DNA of 64,000 nucleotides from Alphaproteobacteria bacterium GWF2_58_20 (GTDB lineage Bacteria; Pseudomonadota; Alphaproteobacteria; UBA1247): NCBI GenBank assembly GCA_001768735.1, contig MEMB01000002.1, positions 556,696 to 620,695 of the forward strand, read 5' to 3'. Shown piece by piece: positions 57,987 to 64,000 of this stretch (position 1 is its first letter; each line of letters starts with the position of its first letter). The notes under the pieces were generated by a model. It saw only the letters and a program-made list of their open reading frames with translations, ran no database searches and was not told where the DNA came from. The position numbers and the translations under genes were made by a program.

Positions 57987-59923
57987 AAACAATTGCCCGC
58001 ATTCTCGCGCCCCTTGCCCGCATCCCCGCCGGCATCACCCTTCTGGGCGCCATTGGCATCATCGCAACCTTCACGCCATGGGGCCTTGCTGCCAATGCTG
58101 TCCGCTGGCTGGCTTTTTCCATCTTTTTTGCCGGATGCGCCTTTGAAATCGGCCGCAGGTTCAAACCAGGCTGTGTCCTGAAATTTGATGCGGTGGACTT
58201 TTCCGCCATTGCCTTTGTGGCTTACGCCATCCTGAGCATTGCCTGGTCTGCAGATATTTCCCAAGGACTGATTTCCGGCATCAGGCTTCTGGCGCTCCTC
58301 ATGGTTTTCCTGCATATCCGCAGCCATGCGGCGGATTTTGCCATGAAGGCCGTCGCGCCCATTGCCATTCTCGGCAGTCTCATCACGCTGGGATTCACCA
58401 TTGCCTTCCCGGATTCCTTCGGTGGATTTTTTCAGGAAAATTTCTCAACCGAAGCCTATCTTGCCCTGCTTCCCTATCTTTTCATGTTCACCGCCTTTGC
58501 GGGCAGCATGGCTTTCCGCAAGGAAACCCGCAGCATCGCTGCCATCCTGGCAACCCTGATGGGGGCACTCCCCCTTGCAGGCATCCTCATCTACCTGCTC
58601 GCCTTCAACGCCAGCAAAATTGAGCTGTTCATCCTGCCGGCCCTTGTCTTTTATGCCTTCCTGCGGTTTGACATTTTCAAGCTTGGCCGCAAACGTTTTG
58701 CCGCAGGCGGTATCCTTGTCGTTGCCGCATTTGCTGCGGGCGGCATGCTGATGCCCCACATTCTGGCAACCCCTTCCATCAATGTTCGAGTCCCCCTTTG
58801 GGTCAACAGCTTCTTTATGTGGATGGATGCCCCCATCCTTGGCCATGGCCTTGGATCTTTCCGCGCCACCTACCCCCTGTTTGGGGAAAGTTTCGCGCAG
58901 CTTGTCGGCCTTGGCTTTGAAAGCCAGACCCGGGGCGGAATCATTGGCGACATGGCCCACAATGAAGGCCTTCACCTGATGGCAGAAATGGGCATTGCCG
59001 GCCTCAGCCTTGCTATCGCTTTTGTGGCTGCGGCATTCCTTCACCTGCGCACCCGCAAAGAACCCCTGAGCCTGATGCAGGAAGCGGCTGCCATGTCTCT
59101 GCTGGCCATTCTCGGCATTGCCGCCATAGAATTTCCCTTCCATGTCCCGACAACCGCTTTCATTGCCACCATCTCCCTCTCCATCCTTCTGGCTGGAGAG
59201 GACAGGATCATGGCCAGCCTGCCCCTGCCCGACGCCTATCCGCGTTTCATGGCCCGCCTGCTTCTTGCCGTTTTCTCCATTGGCCTGATAGGCATGTCCT
59301 GCCTGGATCTGCGCGCCAGCATTCACTTCAACCAGACCAAGATCCTCATGGGCAGGGGATATGGCGAGGAAGCCTTCCGGGAACTGGATGCTGCCCGGCG
59401 CATCTGGCCGCTGGATTCCAAGCTGCGCTCCCTGCTTTTCCCAACCCTCATGCGTTGGCAGCGCCTGTCAGGACTTCGCTACGGGACGGATATTCCGCTT
59501 GAATTTTACCCGGAAAACGTGGCAAAAATCCATGAAATCAGCTTTCAGGCCACCCCCCATGACAATGGCATCCTCAATGATTGGATGCGTTACCTCATCA
59601 TGTCGATGGTGTTTGAAAACACACCTGAAAAAACCCGGGAAATTGAAGAAGGCCTCAAGACCCTGAAAAACCGGGCAAAACTGGATCCTGACACATGGGT
59701 GACGGAAGGGTTTTATGCGCTTGAAACCAAGGACATTCCGCGCGGCCTTGCTGCCGTGGAAAAAGGCCGGGCCCTTGCGGAGGCAGGAGACCTGCTGGAT
59801 GCAACCGCACGGGAAACCATCCTCAAGCAGTTCCGGTGGATGGAAGACAGCCTGTCCATAGGACAAGCCGTTCCGGCCAACATCTGGAAAGACCGCAACA
59901 ACCCGGCCAACAATCCAAAATAG
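57983..59923 (+). CDS. O-antigen ligase/polymerase (Wzy_C)-like polytopic membrane protein with a C-terminal TPR-like soluble domain
   Basis: About 12 transmembrane helices. 'APILGHGLGSFRATYPLFGE...MAHNEGLHLMAEMGIAG' is the Wzy_C/O-antigen-ligase motif. C-terminal ~180-aa helical repeat region. 4-nt overlap (ATGA) with the upstream flavoprotein gene. Confidence 0.6.
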   Translation: MKTIARILAPLARIPAGITLLGAIGIIATFTPWGLAANAVRWLAFSIFFAGCAFEIGRRFKPGCVLKFDAVDFSAIAFVAYAILSIAWSADISQGLISGIRLLALLMVFLHIRSHAADFAMKAVAPIAILGSLITLGFTIAFPDSFGGFFQENFSTEAYLALLPYLFMFTAFAGSMAFRKETRSIAAILATLMGALPLAGILIYLLAFNASKIELFILPALVFYAFLRFDIFKLGRKRFAAGGILVVAAFAAGGMLMPHILATPSINVRVPLWVNSFFMWMDAPILGHGLGSFRATYPLFGESFAQLVGLGFESQTRGGIIGDMAHNEGLHLMAEMGIAGLSLAIAFVAAAFLHLRTRKEPLSLMQEAAAMSLLAILGIAAIEFPFHVPTTAFIATISLSILLAGEDRIMASLPLPDAYPRFMARLLLAVFSIGLIGMSCLDLRASIHFNQTKILMGRGYGEEAFRELDAARRIWPLDSKLRSLLFPTLMRWQRLSGLRYGTDIPLEFYPENVAKIHEISFQATPHDNGILNDWMRYLIMSMVFENTPEKTREIEEGLKTLKNRAKLDPDTWVTEGFYALETKDIPRGLAAVEKGRALAEAGDLLDATARETILKQFRWMEDSLSIGQAVPANIWKDRNNPANNPK

Positions 59924-60005
59924 GAAAAATGCGCACCATGCATTGATGATACCTCCCGCGCCTACGGGAACCGACCACATGGGGCACAGAAAACAACCCG
60001 CGTCT

Positions 60006-61097
60006 TTATTTTTCCTGCCCCTTGCGGCCACGGAGCAATGCCTGCTCCCCAACATTTCCGTCATGATGCGGGATTAGGGCTGAAGCCGTCAGGCTGGATG
60101 GTGAACCTGACGCAAGGGCATGCTCCAGCGCTGGTTTTTCTTTCTCCATCCCGTCGAGGAACTCCTTGACCAGTCCAGACAGGGAGGAATCTGCCTGAAG
60201 GGCGCCATCCACAGCTTTCACAAAAACATCGCGTGCCCGTTCCGTCTGAAACAGGCTGATTCCCGAGGGAAACCGCCCAACAACCTCTATGTTTTTCCCT
60301 GACATTTCCACAAAACCAGGATTTTTGATGTCCAGCAGGGCATGGTCACGCAGAACCTCGCGCCGGATTTTTCCTTGAAAGCTCCAGCCATCCCTGAAAC
60401 GGGCAAGAGCTCCGGAAACACAGGCCCGGCTTCCCGAAAAACCTTCAAGACAGGCTTCCTGCACGCCCTCACGCCACGCTTTTACGCCATGGCTGCGCAC
60501 AGGGGCGCTCACCATCAACACCCCTAGCTGGGCACCGAGCGGCGAATGACGCAAGAGCTTGATCCCGGCAAGCCGTCCCTTCTCAGCCAATTCAAGGCCA
60601 ACAGCCAGAGCCGCCATCCCGGATGACGAAGCCAGCGCCAGCGCCTGAGCCATGGAATCTTGCAGTGCAAACCCGGTCCAGGTTGTTCGGGCAGGCCACG
60701 CTCCCATAATCTTGCGCAGGCCATCCGCCTTTTCTTGTGACAACCCTGCATGTTCCGGATGTTTGCGATCCAGCGCATCTACAAGCGGGCAGGCCCCCGG
60801 CTGCTCCAGCGCCAGTGCCAACTGGCCCTTTTGCGCAATTTCCAGTGCAAGGGCCACAGGCGCCACCCCGCGCAAGGGCAGGCACAGATGCCTTTTTTGC
60901 AAATGGTAATGAACGTCTCCATGGACGCACCGATCCCCCTTGAGGGAAATGCGGGCTTTTTCCAGGGCTTCCAGCAGGGATTCACCGGTCTGCGTTTCCG
61001 CAAGAACCAGCAGGGCAACATCAAGGCTGCCGCCGTCAGCGTATTCCTTCCGACGCCCCCGAAGGGTCATTTCACGCATGCAATGGCCAAGGTCCAT
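60006..61097 (-). CDS. Hypothetical protein (363 aa), function not recognisable
   Basis: Longest ORF in the region. Ala/Leu/Gly-rich. I tested metallophosphoesterase, FabD-like and HolA patterns and found no convincing match. Confidence 0.4.
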   Translation of the reverse strand: MDLGHCMREMTLRGRRKEYADGGSLDVALLVLAETQTGESLLEALEKARISLKGDRCVHGDVHYHLQKRHLCLPLRGVAPVALALEIAQKGQLALALEQPGACPLVDALDRKHPEHAGLSQEKADGLRKIMGAWPARTTWTGFALQDSMAQALALASSSGMAALAVGLELAEKGRLAGIKLLRHSPLGAQLGVLMVSAPVRSHGVKAWREGVQEACLEGFSGSRACVSGALARFRDGWSFQGKIRREVLRDHALLDIKNPGFVEMSGKNIEVVGRFPSGISLFQTERARDVFVKAVDGALQADSSLSGLVKEFLDGMEKEKPALEHALASGSPSSLTASALIPHHDGNVGEQALLRGRKGQEK

Positions 61098-61206
61098 GGG
61101 TCATTCTCCGCGTAAAAACACGATATCCATTCGAATGTAACAGCTTTGCTTGTCTCAGGCAACCAGGGCTGCTATACAGCCCCATCCCTCTCCTGGAGAC
61201 ATGCCC

Positions 61207-61950
61207 ATGACGCGTCGCAGAAAAGTTCTTGAAGGCCGCACCAAAACCCTTTTTGATGGTCCGGAACCAGGAACCCTCATTCAGTATTTCAAGGATGACA
61301 CCACATCCACCTGTGCCGGAAAACATGCGGTTTTTGCTGGCAAGGGCGTATTGTGCAACACCATTTCCGCCATTCTCATGTCACGCCTGTCCGTTATGGG
61401 AATAGACACCCATTTCATCCGCCGCCTCAACATGCGCGAACAAATCATTACCCAGGCTGAACCCATTCCGCTGGAAATCGTGATCCGCAATTTTGCATCC
61501 GGCAATTTTGCCAAACGGTTTGGTTTCGAGGAAGGCATCCTCCTTCCCCGCTCCATCATTGAATATCGCTGGAAAAACCCCGAACGGAACTACCCTCTTG
61601 TTTCAGAAGAACACATCACGGGGTTTGGCTGGGCCACGGTTGAGGACATGGATGACATCATGTCGCTGGCCATCCGCATCAACGATTATCTCTCGGGCCT
61701 TTTTCTTGGCCTTGGCATAAGGCTTGTTGACATGCGGCTCCAGTTTGGCCGCATCTGGGAAGATGACTACATGAAAATTGTCCTCATCGATGAAATCAGC
61801 CCGGACAACTGCCGTCTGGTGGACCTCGCCTCAGGCAAACACCTCGACAGGGATCTGTTCTGCATGGAATCCGGCAGCGTCATGGAGGGATACCAGGACA
61901 TCGCCCATAGATTGAGCATTCTTCCCGTAGAAATTCCCGTCGAGATATAA
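61207..61950 (+). CDS. purC: Phosphoribosylaminoimidazole-succinocarboxamide synthase
   Basis: 'LEGRTKTLFDG...IQYFKDDTTSTCAGKHAVFAGKGVLCNTISAILMSRL', 'PLEIVIRNFASGNFAKRFG' and 'LVDMRLQFG...IVLIDEISPDNCRL' match the SAICAR synthetase signatures. Confidence 0.9.
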   Translation: MTRRRKVLEGRTKTLFDGPEPGTLIQYFKDDTTSTCAGKHAVFAGKGVLCNTISAILMSRLSVMGIDTHFIRRLNMREQIITQAEPIPLEIVIRNFASGNFAKRFGFEEGILLPRSIIEYRWKNPERNYPLVSEEHITGFGWATVEDMDDIMSLAIRINDYLSGLFLGLGIRLVDMRLQFGRIWEDDYMKIVLIDEISPDNCRLVDLASGKHLDRDLFCMESGSVMEGYQDIAHRLSILPVEIPVEI

Positions 61951-61955
61951 CCAGC

Positions 61956-62783
61956 ATGGAAAATACGGTTTACCTTGGCAACAACCTGCCCATTCTGGAA
62001 TCCCTCCCGGATGAAACGTTTTCCCTCATCTACATTGATCCACCCTTCAACACCGGACACGCCCAAACCCGCACGCAGATGAAAAACATCCGCGATGAAG
62101 AAGGCGACCGTGTTGGCTTCAAGGGACAGACATACAAGACCATTGAACTTGGAACCCAATCCTATACCGACAGTTTTGATGATTTCACGGGATTCCTGAA
62201 GCCCCGGCTGGAACAGGCGTACCGCCTGCTGGCGAACAATGGATCACTCTTCTTCCACATTGATTGCCGGGAATCGCATTACTGCAAAATCCTGCTTGAC
62301 CAGATTTTTGGCCGTTCATCCTTCATGAATGAAATCATCTGGGCCTACGACTATGGCGCCCGGTCAAAATCCAGATGGCCAGCCAAGCATGACACCATTT
62401 TCTGGTATGCCAAAAACCCGAATGACTACATTTTCAATTTTGATGCCATGGACCGTATCCCCTACATGGCACCCGGACTTGTTGGCCCCGAAAAAGCGGC
62501 AAGAGGCAAAACCCCCACCGATGTCTGGTGGCACACCATTGTTTCGCCCACAGGCAAGGAAAAAACCGGCTATCCCACGCAAAAACCGCTAGGCATCTTG
62601 CGGCGCATCCTCAAGGTCCATTCAAACCCGGGAGATCATGTGCTCGATTTTTTTGCGGGCAGCGGCACCACAGGTGTTGCGGCGGCAGAACTGGGACGGC
62701 ATTTTGTCCTGATGGATGAAAATCCTGAGGCCCTTGCCGTCATGAAACGACGTTTTGCCGGGACTCCCGTTCTTTTTCCTTGA
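61956..62783 (+). CDS. Beta-class DNA N6-adenine/N4-cytosine methyltransferase (orphan, ParB-less)
   Basis: Motif IV 'LIYIDPPFNTG' precedes motif I 'VLDFFAGSGTTGVAA', which is the beta-class order. 275 aa. 5 nt after purC. No restriction endonuclease gene is visible nearby. Confidence 0.75.
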   Translation: MENTVYLGNNLPILESLPDETFSLIYIDPPFNTGHAQTRTQMKNIRDEEGDRVGFKGQTYKTIELGTQSYTDSFDDFTGFLKPRLEQAYRLLANNGSLFFHIDCRESHYCKILLDQIFGRSSFMNEIIWAYDYGARSKSRWPAKHDTIFWYAKNPNDYIFNFDAMDRIPYMAPGLVGPEKAARGKTPTDVWWHTIVSPTGKEKTGYPTQKPLGILRRILKVHSNPGDHVLDFFAGSGTTGVAAAELGRHFVLMDENPEALAVMKRRFAGTPVLFP

Positions 62784-62787
62784 GCCT

Positions 62788-63546
62788 CTAACTTTCAAAC
62801 TGTTCCTTGAGGACCCGCTCGGTAAGATGGGTTTCCGGATCAAACCAGAGACGGATGGAAATCAGGGCGTCTTCCGCAACCTCCAGCCGCACAACATCCC
62901 GCACCTCAAGAAAATCCGCCGATGCGCTGACCGGCCGATGAACATGCTTCAATGTTTCAAACACCACTTTCGATGTCCGCGGCAATAGCGCTCCACGCCA
63001 ATGTCGCGGACGGAAGGCACAAATGGGCGTAAGTGCCAAAAGCCCTGCTTCCAGCGGAATGATGGGGCCGTGTGCGGAAAAATTATAGGCCGTACTCCCC
63101 GCAGGGGTTGCAACAAGAACCCCGTCCCCCGCCATTTCCGCAATCCGCAGGACACCATCCACAGAAATGCTGATTTTGGCCGTTTGCATGGTTTGCCGAC
63201 CCAATGCCACCTCATTGATGGCATAAGCAACTGTTTCTTTTCCATCCTTGTCCAGCGCCACCATGCGCAAGGGATGCAGGATCACCTCCTGCGCCCGGGA
63301 AAGACGTTCCAGCAGGCCCTCAGAGGTGCAATCATTCATGAGGAAACCAAGGGATCCCCGATTCATGCCGAAAAACGGTTTCCCCAGACCCATATGGGCA
63401 TGCATGGCCTGGAGCATGAATCCATCCCCACCCACTGCCACGATAATATCGGCATCCTCAGGCGCATGTTGCCCATACATGGACACCAGACGGGCAAGGG
63501 AGCGTCTTGCAACAGGGACACGGGATGCCAGGAAGGCGGCCTTCAT
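62788..63546 (-). CDS. nadK: NAD+ kinase
   Basis: 'DIIVAVGGDGFMLQAMH', 'NRGSLGFL' and 'ATPAGSTAYNFSA' are NAD kinase motifs. Confidence 0.9.
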   Translation of the reverse strand: MKAAFLASRVPVARRSLARLVSMYGQHAPEDADIIVAVGGDGFMLQAMHAHMGLGKPFFGMNRGSLGFLMNDCTSEGLLERLSRAQEVILHPLRMVALDKDGKETVAYAINEVALGRQTMQTAKISISVDGVLRIAEMAGDGVLVATPAGSTAYNFSAHGPIIPLEAGLLALTPICAFRPRHWRGALLPRTSKVVFETLKHVHRPVSASADFLEVRDVVRLEVAEDALISIRLWFDPETHLTERVLKEQFES

Positions 63547-63549
63547 GCC

Positions 63550-63846
63550 TTAGAGCCTCTGGCGGTAAAACTCATACACCCGCAGATATACATCCTGCCA
63601 ATTATGAATGTAGTGATCCCGGTTTTGGATGAACTCCTGTCGATAGGCGATCTGCGCCGGAATGGACAAAAGACCGATGGCCGCCGAAGGCAATAGCGCC
63701 AGGAACATGACCATGAAAATGAAGAAACCCACGATATTCTTCGCGGTGTAACGCCGGCGGGTCTTGTCGGAAATCAGGCGGGAGATTTCCTTGCTGGTGC
63801 CGTAATAATCTTCACTCGACTGTGGAAATTCATGATTGTCCTGCAT
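63550..63846 (-). CDS. Hypothetical small membrane protein upstream of nadK
   Basis: One or two transmembrane helices ('IVGFFIFMVMFLALLPSAAIGLLSI'). 3 nt gap to nadK. Start chosen at Met 63846; the ORF opens at 63909. Confidence 0.4.
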   Translation of the reverse strand: MQDNHEFPQSSEDYYGTSKEISRLISDKTRRRYTAKNIVGFFIFMVMFLALLPSAAIGLLSIPAQIAYRQEFIQNRDHYIHNWQDVYLRVYEFYRQRL

Positions 63847-64000
63847 TTTTCCCTCCCGGAGATGGACAAGGTTTTCCTCTTCTTCATAACACATCCAGGA
63901 AAAAAACAACAGGGGGCAGAATGCGCCTCACAACAGGGGAAAACACGATACAGACCAAAACTGGGGAAGGAAAAAGATTTCCCCCAAACTGAGTACATGA

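Noticed and set aside
60006-61097. Assigning the 363-aa ORF as metallophosphoesterase, TatD, FabD-like acyltransferase or DNA pol III delta
   Set aside because: Isolated motif resemblances ('GDRCVHGDVHYH') do not fit any complete signature set. I left it as hypothetical.
1-64000. CRISPR arrays, IS elements/transposases, integrases, prophage genes, toxin-antitoxin pairs, rRNA
   Set aside because: I scanned for direct repeat-spacer periodicity, DDE/tyrosine-recombinase motifs and TA-like small gene pairs and found none. Only the 18-bp coding tandem repeat at 3652-3726 and several terminator inverted repeats were found.

Overview
This 64 kb window looks like a chromosomal segment from an alphaproteobacterium, at roughly 55-58% GC by eye. 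The divK-pleD pair, the fabD-fabG-acpP-fabF-mltG block and the plsY-dprA-topA block support that assignment. Nearly all of it is protein-coding on both strands, and I identified about 70 features. They include three tRNAs (Asp-GUC, Pro-UGG, Arg-UCU), ribosomal protein L33 (missed by the ORF track because it is under 60 aa), housekeeping genes (topA, metK, trmB, aspS, purC, nadK, fab cluster), an exopolysaccharide BY-kinase, two-component systems and several c-di-GMP enzymes. No CRISPR array, transposase, integrase or rRNA was seen.

Six things stand out:
- A standalone OspF/SpvC-type phosphothreonine-lyase homologue lies just upstream of divK-pleD. The apparent catalytic Lys/His/Lys/Tyr/Arg residues are conserved and it carries an extra C-terminal domain of unknown function.
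- Three ankyrin-repeat proteins occur in this window, together with a DUF1566 (Lcl-C-terminal) Ig-repeat surface protein. This is a host-interaction-like gene set.
- An orphan, truncated NuoC-NuoD fusion-like protein is translationally coupled to a NuoE-like [2Fe-2S] protein and a small membrane protein, with no NuoB/H/L partners nearby.
- Pyruvate:ferredoxin oxidoreductase is followed by a PyrD-like FMN protein and a 1133-aa fusion of an unknown N-domain, a GltD/NfnB-like domain and a PyrK/NfnA-like domain. The last gene overlaps an O-antigen-ligase/TPR membrane protein.
- A four-gene minus-strand cluster downstream of tRNA-Pro/tRNA-Arg contains two paralogous proteins that share 'HExxGH...SELRAD' motifs.
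- An orphan beta-class DNA methyltransferase sits 5 nt after purC.

Every functional call is based on motif recognition in the translated ORFs. No database search was run.
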